Shown: positions 25,062-37,270 of the stretch, in pieces
Layout: every line of letters starts with the position of its first letter
Position numbering within the stretch: position 1 is the first letter of the stretch
Assembly: GCA_030265395.1 (NCBI GenBank)
Contig: JARFYF010000074.1
Span: 45,440,956 to 45,504,955 of the forward strand
Direction: 5' to 3'
Length of the DNA: 64,000 nt
DNA from: Rhina ancylostomus
Taxonomy: Eukaryota
Notes under the pieces: generated by a model
Told to the model about the DNA's origin: nothing
What the model saw: only the letters and a program-made list of their open reading frames with translations
The model's database searches: none
Program-made: the position numbers and the translations under genes

Positions 25062-27893
25062 CTGCAAATAACAAAAATATCCAGATTCAATCCAATATTA
25101 TGGAATCCATTTCAGTATCATTTGAAGTTTTTCCAGCTGTCACATCACCTTACACACACTGATACTACTTTCAATGGAGTGGTGATGATTGAAATTCTAA
25201 ACCACCAGAGGAAGGACTAGATGGTGCAGAATTGTGGTCAAATCTGAGCTGCACAAACATGAAACAAATGTCTCCTCTGTCAATTACAATGATCCAAGAC
25301 TGCTGAGTTGTGGACAGTGCAAGTCAGAGATTGAATAGTTCACCGTGAGCTTCACGTTGGTGCTGTAATGGCCACTTTGACCATCATTCAGGCACAATGG
25401 CCAGAACTACTTGCCTTGAATTTATTTTAATCTCCAAATGACACTGATTGGCATCTCCTTCTGAAATTCTTCACTGATGATTCAAACAGTTATATATTGT
25501 TTAAATATTTAGCAACTTGGATTCCAATTCCATTTCGAAGTCAGTAACAAAGCATGTCAATAAGAGAGCAGCTGGAGAATCACAGATTGGTCAGCGAAGG
25601 TACAGCTCAAATTTTAGCATGTGCATCTTTGAATCCTGAGACAACATGGAAATCTAGGCCCAGACTCCAGTGTATCAGAGGGAACGCTGTTTTGTCAGAA
25701 ATTCTGTCCTTTGGATGCACTATTAAAGCAAGTCCCCAGCTGTTCTCTGCAATAGCAGTTAAGTTACTAGCTTACTAACCACAGGCTTGCCCTATTAACT
25801 AGGAGACAAGTTCAGACCCTATTCAGGCACATGGGAAATTTAAGTTCAAGTGATAAATCGGATATTAAAAGTCTAGTGCCCGCAATGACAACAACGGCAA
25901 TACTGGACTGATGTGAAAGCCCACCTACCAGACTAATGTCCAACTGTTCTCATTCAGTCTGACCCATATGAATCAGATCTACAATGTAGACTCTTAATGC
26001 CCTCTGAAATGGTTTAGCAAGACAGGGGCAATTGGGAATGGACAAACCAGTGATGCGCATATCCCATGAGTAGCAATACATCTTGGGCAGTTATGACTTG
26101 CATATATGGAAAATAAAATGAGAAACTCCTAAAAAGATATAAAAGCTCGAGTTGGATGAACATTTTACAACAATCAATTATAAAATGTATTTGCATAGTA
26201 ATATTTCAGCCACTAGGTGTAGCAGTCAGTTTACCAAAGAAACAGCCTCCAGCTGTCTGAGAATATACTTGTTTGACCACATTGATTCTCTAATGCTTGT
26301 CCCAACATCCGACTTCCCTTCATTATCCTTAGCATGTTTTCTCCTGTGTCCTGAACATTGATAATATTGGCCTGGATTTTCTGACTACAAATAAATCTAG
26401 CTAGTCAAATAGAATTATATTGCCTTCAGTTCTTTGAATCTATATGATTTTAAAATATGCCCTTTTTTTTTGAATAACTGTCAGATACTTTGCATTTTTT
26501 TGGGACCTGACACTTTTTAGAATAAAAGCAGAAAATGCTGGAGATCAGGCATCATGTGTGGAGGGAGAAAGAGAATAAACTAATAAAAGGTCATCAACCC
26601 GAAACAATAACTTTTATTTTCTTTCTCTTGATTGCTCCTAATGTGTAGGAGAGTGGTAGAACTTGGGGGATGTGAGGAAAATAAAATGGGATTAGTGTAC
26701 ATCAGTGCAAATGGGTGCTTAATGGTTGGTGTGGGTCAAAAGGCCTGTTTCCATTCTGTATGATTCAATGAATGCACCAGCACTGATTAATAATATCCTG
26801 CTCCTTAGTTTCTAATCAACACTAAGTACTTTAATACAGAATGCAAAAAAAAGACTGGAACTCTTATTAGTTTTCACGACCTCCTAACATCTCCCAAGCT
26901 CTCCCTGCCCCAATCACTGGCTCCCCTCAATAACCCCAAATAATGCCTCCAGCCACTGCTTTGCTCCACCCCATCTTCCACCACCACCTCTGGTACGCAC
27001 CGGAAGGCAGCGATATTCCGATGAGGGACATTGAGCTAAATAATGTGAATGAGATCCTGCAATTAAGCCAGATAGGACTTCCACATCCCTATTCTGTCTG
27101 GCTGGCTTAATTGTAGGATCTCATTCACATTGTTCACATCCCCATTCTTGACAGTTTCGGATTCTCCTATCTTCATTGTAAATACTGGAAAACTTAGGAA
27201 TTCTCAGTAGGAACACTGGAGAAATCTTCCTTTCTGTGCTTGAGTATAAAAATCATGTAAGTATAACTGAGAATTACAAGGAAGTTGCCTGAACTATTAA
27301 AGAAAATTGCAGCGACTTGGAATGGAACGAGGCCAAGTACAATCAGCATCTGATGACGTTTAACCTAGTAGCTAAAGTCGACTTTCTTCACCAGTATATC
27401 TTGGCTGTAAAGGTTCTAATGCACCAAAAGATTAATCATGAGAATTTCAGAGATCTGCAATTACAGAGGAGCAGTGAAATATCAGTAAATGAGAATCAAA
27501 AACTGCAGATGCTAGAAATCTGAAATGAAACCAGAACATGCTGGAAACACTCAACAGACATGGCATAAGCTGTGGAAAGAGCTGTTTCACTCTCCACAGA
27601 TGCTGTCTGACCAGAGTGTTTCCACCATTTTCTGGTTTAGCCTCCACTTGATGTTCATGGATTTGAGTTTGCCCTAGTTTTATCAATGGAAGTAGCCATT
27701 GCTAGAGTAGTTGTTGGAGCCTACAGATCTCAAGAGTCTTAGGGTCGGCCTAATGAATTGGGTCTTAGATGTGTGGCAATAATTGATAAAAGATAACACT
27801 GCAGCCACTCCCACTAGAACCCCACCCCCCCACCATGGTTCAATTTTAGCCTTTAATTTATTTTGCTTTAAAGCCAGATAGACATATACATAC

Positions 27894-28057
27894 TTGTTCA
27901 AAGAAGGTTTCTCATATAACTTGCATCGAGATGTTGCCTTACTCCAAACACAGTAGGGATCCCGGGCATAGATACAGTCATAACAGGTCTTGTATTGATC
28001 GCAATCTGCCACTGCAACCTGAGTAACTTCACTGGGAGAACCAACATAAATAAAGCC
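27894..28057 (-). CDS. SEMA4F: Semaphorin-4F-like exon (164 nt), PSI domain
   Basis: cccag|GGC…AA|gtatgt; GFIYVGSPSEVTQVAVADCDQYKTCYDCIYARDPYCVWSKATSRCKLYEKPSLN (C..C..ARDPYC.W); phase 0->2. Confidence 0.96.
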
Positions 28058-28370
28058 CTGGGCAAGAATAAAGAGAATGCTGACAACTAGAATAAAAAAC
28101 ACAAAATGCTGAAAATATTCAGATCAGACTGATAACTATTTCAAAGTCAATCTGTGCTGAAACACACCACCATCTCTCATCATGTTACAGTGGGACCTGC
28201 TCTTTTATTTCATATGGGACAAGATCTCTCCTGATGTGGGTGACTTTGGTGCAATTCTATGTGCTGAACCTGTTCGTCCACTGAGTGGCATCACAGTGAA
28301 ATTTGATCCCCTTCCCAACTAATAGCCACTGGACAGAAACCTGCAGCAGAAACCCTGGATATTTTTCCCT

Positions 28371-28430
28371 CATCCCTCCCTCCCTCCCCCTCCCCCCCCC
28401 CCACCCCTTTCTCTCTCTCTCTCTCTCTCG
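28371..28430. repeat. C-rich tract plus (CT)n microsatellite
   Basis: ccctccctccctccccctccccc… followed by ctctctctctctctctctc. Confidence 0.9.
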
Positions 28431-29230
28431 CCCCAGCTCATGACTGCTGAGACTGAGTGTAATCCTTGTTTTCAAATTTCATTCTTGGTACATGGGTATT
28501 GCTAGGAAGGTGAGAATTTATTGCCCATCCTTATAATTAACCTTCAGCGAGGATATGATGCTCCTTTCTGAAACACTGTCACCCATCTGGTGAAAGAGTA
28601 TCTATGGTGCTAGGTTGGAAGTTCCAGCAACAATGAAGGAATGGTAAAAGTCAGGATGGCTTATAACTTGCAGGGAATTTGGATACCTGCCACCCCAGGC
28701 TGTGGAGACCCAGGATTTAGGAGTTACTGCCTCAGAGGAGATAAACAAAGGCAAATATTAATAAAGAATTATCCCACCGACAATTAGTCTTATTTGTAGA
28801 GATGGATCTTTTAATAAATTACAATGGAACATTGGAATTCCTGTGTGTTAAAGATATTCTTAATTGAAGCCACCTGCAATTACACCAAGAAATACATTTT
28901 TTTTCAGCGCCTAACAGATGTTTCAACTCAGATTACTCTTCCATCTATTTGAAGGTAGCTGATCTCCAAATATCTCATTTGCAATAAGTTGGCCATCATC
29001 AACCTTCGCTTCATTTCATCAGCAAGAGATGAACATGATCATGAGTACATACCTGATCCTCATATTCAAGTAAAAATAATCAGAGGTTGGCCCTAATCTC
29101 ACAGCAAGGCAAGGAAAGAAAGATGATAAGTCACAAAGAGCTGTTCTTGTGCAATAAACTGAACTGTGGGTTCCTTTCTGCACCTTCAGAATCAGCTGAA
29201 TAAAATTTGACCCCATGATTGTTTTCATAC

Positions 29231-29340
29231 CTGATAGTGTAGGAGATTCTGTATGGGTTGAATATTTTTGAATAATTTCTTCTCCTCTATGATATGACTG
29301 CTAGAACCAACCAATACAGCTTTGTGTAATCGTCCATCAT
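29231..29340 (-). CDS. SEMA4F: Semaphorin-4F-like exon (110 nt), end of Sema domain
   Basis: tgcag|AT GAT…CAG|gtatga; DGRLHKAVLVGSSSHIIEEKKLFKNIQPIQNLLHYQ; phase 1->0. Confidence 0.95.
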
Positions 29341-30649
29341 CTGCAGGAGATAGAGAGGCATAGTTTATTGAGCCTGAAGAGAAGGTCAGAAGAGTGAAGG
29401 AAAATCACATGGACATTGCAGCACCACTACTCAGTTTCACAAATCAGCCTTAGATAATTCAGCTGGGAAGGTGAGAATTTGTTGCTCCTCCTTACTTAAC
29501 CTTCAGCTGGAATATGATGGTCCTTCCTTCCATCAGGTGTAAGTGCATTCATGGTGCTGCTAGGTTGGAAGTTCCATTAACAATGAAGGAATTGTAATAA
29601 GTCAGGATGCCTATAATCTGTAGGGAACTTGGAGATGATACCTGCCACCCTTCTCCAAAGCCTCTCCTCCCCATGAATTTCCCTAATGAACTTTCAGTGA
29701 CATCCTGGGATTAAGATCATTGGCCTTTAACATACATAACCATCTTCCTTTATGAAATGTATGACATCAGCAGTGGAAAGGTTCCCCTTGATATCCATTG
29801 ACTTCAGTTTTACCAGAGTGATTGATATCAAAGGCAATCACTCTTCTTTGGAATTCAGGTATTTTGTCCATGCCTATCATGAGGTGTGGAACCAAACAGG
29901 CCCTGGCAAAACCCAAACTTAGTGAGTAGGTTACAGGAAAATAAGGGCAGCTCAACAGGACTGAAACTTTCCATCACTTTGATGTCATGAGCCAGACTGG
30001 ATTTGTCCAGTGTTTTCTGGATAGAACATAACTGGACAATTTTTCCACATTATTGGGTGGATGGAACAGATTGACTGGAGGCAAGCCTAGAGAACAGGAT
30101 GTTATCTGGTACCACTGCCTTGGCTGCACATTGTGTTCTCAGCCTTTGATATCGAGCAGTGAATTAACTGGCTGAAGTCTGGTTTCCATGACAGAAAGCG
30201 ATCTTAACTGGAAGCAAAGGTGGATCATTTACACATCACTCCCAGTTGAAAATTGTTACAAATGCTTCAGTTTTGTTTGTGGACCCATCACTTTTAAGAA
30301 TGGGGCTGTTGTACAAGTTTCCTCCTCCCTTCAAGTGTTTAATTTTCCACTACCATTCACATCCAGATTAACAGGACTGTAGAGCTTTGATCTGAACTGT
30401 TGGTTTTACCATTACTTCATGTCTACTTCATGCTGTCTTTGCTGTTTAACACTAACTCTGTGTTGTAGTTTCGTCAGGTTGGCACAAAATCTCTGTGGAA
30501 CCTTGTTACTGTTCCTGAGATGCCTTTCTGCATTTCTCATTGAACCCAGGTTGGTTTCCTAACTTGATAGTAATGGTAGAGTAAGGAATATGCTAGGTCA
30601 GGAGGTTACAAGTTATACTGGAATCCATTACTATTTTTGCCAATGGTTT

Positions 30650-30880
30650 GTAGTGCCTCACAGTGCCACAGTTAGTAAAGCTGCTGGCCCACTGCTCCAG
30701 TGACCTGGGTTCAATCCTGACCTCCGGTGCTATCTCTGTGGAGTTTGCATGTTCTTGTTGTGACTGCTTGGGTTTTCTTTGGGTGCTCCAGTTTCCTCCT
30801 GTGTCCCCAAGACATCCCAAAAGGCAAGTTAGTTGGCCACTGTAAATTAACCCTGCTGTGTTAGGAGAGTGGTAGAATCT
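30650..30880 (+). mobile_element. Older V-SINE copy
   Basis: B box GGTTCAATCC, GGAGTTTGCATGTTCT and GGGTGCTCCAGTTTCCTCC V-domain. Confidence 0.75.
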
Positions 30881-30899
30881 GAGCAAAGACTGAGACAAT

Positions 30900-31750
30900 T
30901 CCAGATCCTTGGATTTTAAAATTCCAAAGATTCACAACCCTCTGCATGAAGAAATTTTTATTTTCTGAATGCCCTACCCCAAATTCTAAAGGTAGCGAGT
31001 CCCAGTTCCAGACATGCCAGCCAGGGAAAACATTAACTCTGTATCCACTCTGTCAAGCTTTGTCAGAATTTGGTACATTTCAATAAGATCATTTTCCCTA
31101 GACTCTGGAGAGAATAAACCAATCTCCCCTCATCCCAGGAATTCATCTGGTGAACTTCTGCTGCACTCCTGCCTTTGTAAGTATGTCCTTCCTTTGGTAG
31201 CAAGGCCAAACGTGCACACGATAGTCTTACCAGAGCCCTCTTGCAACTGGAGCAAGAGGACTCTACTCTTGAACTCAAATAGTCTTTCAGTAAAGACCAA
31301 GAGATCTTTTGCATTCCTAATTGTTTTCCATACCTGCATGTTAATCTTCAATGATTTATATAAAGGACACCCCTCTGAACATAAACACATTTCAGTCTCT
31401 CACCATTTTAAAAAAAAATTATTTTTATTTTTTCTCCGCCTATGAGGATGACCTCACTTTTTCAAAAAAGATATATATATTACATTTGCCATGTTCTCAT
31501 CCTGAACTTGGACTAGGACCTGGTCTTGTCTAGGACCTCCTGACAACCCACACTGCCACCTAGATTTGTATTGTCACCAGGCTTGGATATTTTACACTTA
31601 CACACCTTGTCTAACTCATTGATAAGATCGTGAAGAGCCAAGGCCTCAACACCAATCCTCTGACACCTTACTAGTGATGAGGTGATCCTGAAGATGACCC
31701 ATTTTAACCTGAAAATGATCTGTTCACATCTACTTTGTCCTTTGCCCATT
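30900..31750 (-). mobile_element. Decayed CR1 LINE 3' portion
   Basis: INELDK..KCKISK.GDNTNLGG and other frameshifted CR1 C-terminal remnants. Confidence 0.7.
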
Positions 31751-32681
31751 TTCTATCTTATTCCCTTTAATCCAGAGATATTAGTCCTTTCTCTCCCAGA
31801 ATTTAAATACAGGCTGATGTTTTTACCTCCCCAGTTCCCAGCTCCAAATCACTGAATCCTTCTACCCAACTGCTATTCTAAATGAGACCAGCCACCTTAA
31901 TATAGGCCAACAATTGATACTATCAGTACAATTAGCACTGCACTACACAAGTTAGTTGTCCAGCCAGTATTTATGGGTGCTGAATTATTTCTTTAAAAAC
32001 TATCCTGTTAAAATATTTTTTCTTGCCTGTGTAAAAGGAGGTAGCCCAAAGCAATCTTGGGAATAGGGATATTTGCAAGGAATCAAATGTCGTTACCCCA
32101 AGTGGGATAATGGTGGGAGAACAGTTGAGACTTGTTTCTGCACAGTGTTGGAGGTATAATCATCTGTTTATCTTACAGATGACTCGACCATCTCCAGATG
32201 AGTTCCTTTAATAAGCTTAAAATTCAGTTAGAATGATTCATTCGTGCAAAATGCCAATGAAAATGACAGGCATGAATTTCCTTCAAGGAATCTTGCACAA
32301 GACTATCAAGTCATTAGCTGGGTCACTGGGAGCCCTTGGACAATTAGGTACACATTTCCTTCATGAAATCATTTATGATGACAAATGGTGCTACCACCGT
32401 CCTGGTCTTGGTGATAAATCAGTTTAGTACTTGCAGTATCATCAATTCCAAACCAAAGGAAAATCAAAAGATGAGGTGCAAGGTCATTTTCTTCATGCAA
32501 GGACACAAAGAGAATCAACAAAAGGCACAGCAAGGCCTTCTGACTGCAGACTCCCAGCACCACCAGCAATCTTCACTTTGTTAGGTTGTCAGGATGACTG
32601 AAATTCCAAACAACATTTGTTGTTGTTTCTCCAGCACCAATCACTCAGATACTAATTCAAATGGGTGCCAGGTGCACTTAC

Positions 32682-32901
32682 TTGTTCCTAGGAAGAGAAC
32701 TTCGTAAGTTCCATCCATTGAGCTCACTTGCACTGCGACAATTTTGGAATACTGTGCATTCCTGGTCATCATCCTTGGCTGACCATCGAGTGGGTGGACA
32801 GCTTGCTGTACAAGAGGGTGACTTCGGCTGAAGCTCAGCACCTCATCAGGTAAAAGCAGTGAACTCTCAATGGAATGGTTCCTATGCCAGTTAGTGATGC
32901 A
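32682..32901 (-). CDS. SEMA4F: Semaphorin-4F-like exon (220 nt)
   Basis: tacag|TGC…A|gtaagt; CITNWHRNHSIESSLLLPDEVLSFSRSHPLVQQAVHPLDGQPRMMTRNAQYSKIVAVQVSSMDGTYEVLFLGT; phase 0->1. Confidence 0.95.
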
Positions 32902-34069
32902 CTGTAAAGGCAAGAGAGAATGATAAAAAGCTTGGATTTTCAATGTTACATCCTGCTCTTTCTCCAATTTTGTCTCCACAGCTAGACAAAGCTTAGACAG
33001 TGTGTAGCTTGCAGATTGGCATTGGTGTCCTGGAGATATAGACATTTAAAAGTTTATATGTTTCTTTGTGCATGCCAATATGCCATTTACATGTATGTAG
33101 GTATATATTTGCCCATGTATGTGTAGATGTTCATGTGTACATGCCAACATATGTACCTGAATGCTCAGTTACGCTTGCACTCACATCTAGTATTTGTGGA
33201 TAAATGAATGTGCACAGAGATGCTAATTCATCCCCATTTAAATCTTTGAGTGTGTTTATACATGTTAATCTGTTTCCCCTCTATGGACATTATAGTCTGG
33301 TAGTATGAGAGCATATGCCTACATATGATAGTTTGCTCCCCTCTATTGGAGGAAATTTAAAAGACAGAAGCCAGGAAATTATAGATCCATTAGTCTAACG
33401 TCTCATTAGACTCTATGATAATGGACAGAGCCAACTAGAGAAAACTGAGATGATTAGTGAGAGTGAAATGGATTCTTTAAGTTTAGGTCATGTTCAATGA
33501 AATAAATTGCATTTTTGAGAGTAATTAAGCAGACCAGTAAGAAAGACTTGCAGGACAAAAGATCAGATATCACGTTTACTTCCCTGCTGTTCTTCAAAAA
33601 TAGTACCATGGAATTCTTACATCTAGGGCATTTGGTACCTTTGTTAATGACTCATGGCATCTCTGGCAGTACAGCACTGGGTTCAAGTCTCAGTTTAGCT
33701 TTTCAATATCTGAAATGGGATTTGAAGCCACAGCCTTTGACTCAAAGGTGAGAGGGCTACCAATTAGGCACCATTGACACTTTAATGAAGCATGCTATTT
33801 TAGATGGAGGAACGATAGTCCCTATATTTTTAATGAACATGCTGAGTCATCCAACATTCCAGCTCCTGGCCTATACAAACTATAAACAGAATACATAGGA
33901 GACATCAACTTTTATAACCAAAATTAAAACTCCTGGAACTGAAGGCATCATATTGGCCCAGTTAAGACACTGGCAAAGCAATTGAAAATAGAGAATACAA
34001 ATAATGGCTATGTATTTGAAGTGGAAGGGACTTCTTTCATTTTTAAAAATTACTCAGGTAACAAAGTAA

Positions 34070-34935
34070 AAAATGTCAAACCCAAGTTTGCCAATGATGA
34101 AATACAAAATGGAACATAAAAAAGAGTGAGAGACACTGATAGGTTAAATGAACAAACTAAATTACTGCAGATTAATTTCAATTTAGGCCAGTATAAGATC
34201 AGCCATTTTGGTCTTAGAAGGATAGATCTGAGTACATTTTAATTGCTGATAAGCTAGGAACAGTGGGGTCCCTAAGAGATTAAAAAGTCAACATAGACTA
34301 AAAATTTGTGGTCCATAAAAACTATAATCCGAATGCTCATGAAATGTTAACCTTCATAACTAAATGCTAGAATATGAAGTAAATGAAGTTTTACTGCAGT
34401 TACACAGACCCTATTTAGACCTCCACTGGAGTAATACCTGCAGTTCTGGGCACCACCACAATATACATTGTCCAAGGAAGGAGTGCAACGCAGAACCTTA
34501 CCAGGGCTTCACGAGTTATATCTCAAGGAGACGAAGTGAGCTTGTTTTCCCTGTAACAAAGAAAACTATGGGGTGAATGAAATTAGGCTTTAGGGTTTTT
34601 AAAAGAGGAATTGATGGGATGTAATGGGAATTTGTTTTCTGTTCATGGGAGAATCCAGGACAAGGGGATATATAAACTTAAAATGGAGACATTCTAGAGA
34701 TAAGTTGAGGAACACTTCTGTATACAAGTTGTGACAGAAGATAGCATCTCCTGCTTTTGTGGGGAAAGAGTGCAAACTGAATTAATTTTAAATCTGATAA
34801 ATCTTTGCTCACAGAGGTTGTGAAGGGGGATAGAACTAAGGCAGTGGATAGAACTTGGATGCAGATCGGCCATAAATTTCACTGAATTACAGAACAGACT
34901 TGAGAGGTGAATGGTTTACTTGTGTTCCTATGAGT
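34070..34935 (+). mobile_element. Decayed CR1 LINE 3' portion
   Basis: LEY…EVLLQLHRP…HW..TCSSG remnant and CR1-like 3' tail. Confidence 0.65.
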
Positions 34936-35200
34936 GTATATTCTGTTTGCTTGTATTATTGACTTTTTATTCTGTGTATACACATATAGAATTGCACTGA
35001 TGCTTTTAATAAATATATTGACAATGATAAAATAAAAGCTGAAAATTAATGTCCCAAGAATTTACACAAATTTGCACTATATTCCCATCTCCACTCCCCT
35101 TCCTTCTTTTGATCACCCTGGTTAATCACCAGCTGACCTAATGCAACAGCTATCCAGTCTAGACATCTGTTATTATTTTATCTAATGTATAGACCCTTAC

Positions 35201-35342
35201 CGAGCCAGGTCTTGGAAATGGAACTTGACCTTTATACTGAACAAAAGAAGAACAGTCGGGTTTGTATTCTTGATATGGTCCATCCAGGGCTGCATGGATG
35301 CTTTTGATGCTGTACATACAAACTGCAGACAGAGAATCACTC
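35201..35342 (-). CDS. SEMA4F: Semaphorin-4F-like exon (142 nt)
   Basis: tttag|G AGT…TCG|gtaagg; SDSLSAVCMYSIKSIHAALDGPYQEYKPDCSSFVQYKGQVPFPRPGS (SAVC and PRPG motifs; GPxxExKxDC as in SEMA4F); phase 2->0. Confidence 0.95.
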
Positions 35343-36053
35343 CTAAAGTTGAAACACCAAACAAAAAAGACATCAAAGTTAGAATTATCAAGGAGTCAAC
35401 ACTGTGTGGACTGAAATTACAATGTTAAAACCGCCTTAACTTTGTGGCATTTCTTTATCTCCCAGCCTAGCTTTCATTTCCTATGCACCTATCACTGTCA
35501 TTGTGTTTTTAACATATGCACACTGATATATAAGCAGACGTGCACAGTATGTTTTTCTATATGCAGATCTTTCTCTCCTGNNNNNNNNNNNNNNNNNNNN
35601 NNNNNNNNNNNNNNNNNNNNNNNNNNNNNNNNNNNNNNNNNNNNNNNNNNNNNNNNNNNNNNNNNNNNNNNNNNNNNNNNNNNNNNNNNNNNNNNNNNNN
35701 NNNNNNNNNNNNNNNNNNNNNNNNNNNNNNNNNNNNNNNNNNNNNNNNNNNNNNNNNNNNNNNNNNNNNNNNNNNNNNNNNNNNNNNNNNNNNNNNNNNN
35801 NNNNNNNNNNNNNNNNNNNNNNNNNNNNNNNNNNNNNNNNNNNNNNNNNNNNNNNNNNNNNNNNNNNNNNNNNNNNNNNNNNNNNNNNNNNNNNNNNNNN
35901 NNNNNNNNNNNNNNNNNNNNNNNNNNNNNNNNNNNNNNNNNNNNNNNNNNNNNNNNNNNNNNNNNNNNNNNNNNNNNNNNNNNNNNNNNNNNNNNNNNNN
36001 NNNNNNNNNNNNNNNNNNNNNNNNNNNNNNNNNNNNNNNNNNNNNNNNNNNNN

Positions 36054-37270
36054 TGTTTCAAGTGGGGGAATGCAGAGAGGAAGGCTGATGGCCACATGTG
36101 GTGAAATCCTGGAATGCATTGGCTGACTTGCCAGAAAACTTGTTTGCAATGTAAAAGAGCCTGACTGTAGGCTACCCAAGGAAATACGAGGTGCCATTCT
36201 TCTAATTTGTGTTTGGCCTCACCTTGGCAGTGGAAAAAAGGCCGATGACAGACAGGTCGGTGTGGGAATGGGAAAGGGAGTTGAAATGATATGTATTCTG
36301 GAAGCTCAAGATGGCCATAGTGGGCAGAGTACAGGTGCCCACAGAACATTCGCCTAGTCTATGCTTGGTCTTGCTAATGTAGAGGAGACCATGTTGAGAG
36401 CTATCGCAAACTAGAAGAATGTCCTCAGTCTTCTCCACTGCCACACTGAGGCCAAACACAAAGTAGAAGAACAGCACCTCATAGGCACGGTAGTGTAGTG
36501 GTTAACGTAATGCTAACACAGCGCCAGCGACCTGGGTTCAAGTCCGGCCACTGTCTGTAAGGAAGTTGTATGTCTTCCCCGTGTCCATGTGGGTTTCCTC
36601 CGGGTGCTCCAGTTTCCTCCCACATTCCAAAGATGTGCGGGATAGGAAGTTGTGGACCTGCTATGTTGGCGACGGAAGCACGGCGACACTTGCAGGCTGC
36701 CCCCAGAACACTCTACGTAGAAGATGCATTTCACTGTGTGTTTCGATGCACTAATAAAGAGATCTATTCCACTTGGGAGCCTGCAACCCAATGGTATGAA
36801 CATTGAATTTTCCAGTTTCAGGTAACCTATACCCTGTGTTCCTTTGCCACTCCTACAGGTCCACTTAGGTTCTCTCTCCGTTTGTTCACCTCTTCCACCA
36901 CCCTTCCAGCCCCTACCTAGATTTGTTACCCTTCCCCACCTGGCCTCATCTGCCCATTTTTTTTTGCTTATCTGTTGCCACCCATCACCCACCAGCCTCT
37001 GTCTGAGCCATTCCCCCCCTCCCACCTGGTTCCACCTGCCCATCATCCCCAACCTCACCTGGTTCCTCCTTTCACCTACCAACCCACCACACCCTCCCTC
37101 TCACCTCTTTTTTGTTTATTGGCTATCTTCCCTCTACACTCTCAGTCCTGATGCAGGGTCTCAACACGAAATGTCAGCTATCCCTTTGCCTCCACAGATG
37201 CTGCCTGACCGGCTGAGATCCTCTGATAGATAGATTTTTGCCCCAGATTCCAGCACCTGCAGTCTCTTGT
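36054..37270. mobile_element. Penelope-like element: two GIY-YIG C-terminal fragments in inverted orientation plus 3' pLTR
   Basis: Minus strand (about 36150-36410): SQHGLLYISKTKHRLGE…HFNSLSHSHTDLSVIGL…EAKHKLEEWHLVF. Plus strand (about 36420-36825): LHCHTEAKHKVEEQHLI[SINE]FHLGSLQPNGMNIEFSSFR*, then a C/T-rich tract and the hammerhead-bearing end. Confidence 0.85.
36484..36764 (+). mobile_element. V-SINE (alternative-tail subfamily) inserted in the Penelope GIY-YIG coding region
   Basis: A/B boxes and V domain; tail …GCAGGCTGCCCCCAGAACAC…CACTGTGTGTTTCGATG..CTAATAAA; splits the ATA|TTC codons of the host. Confidence 0.88.
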
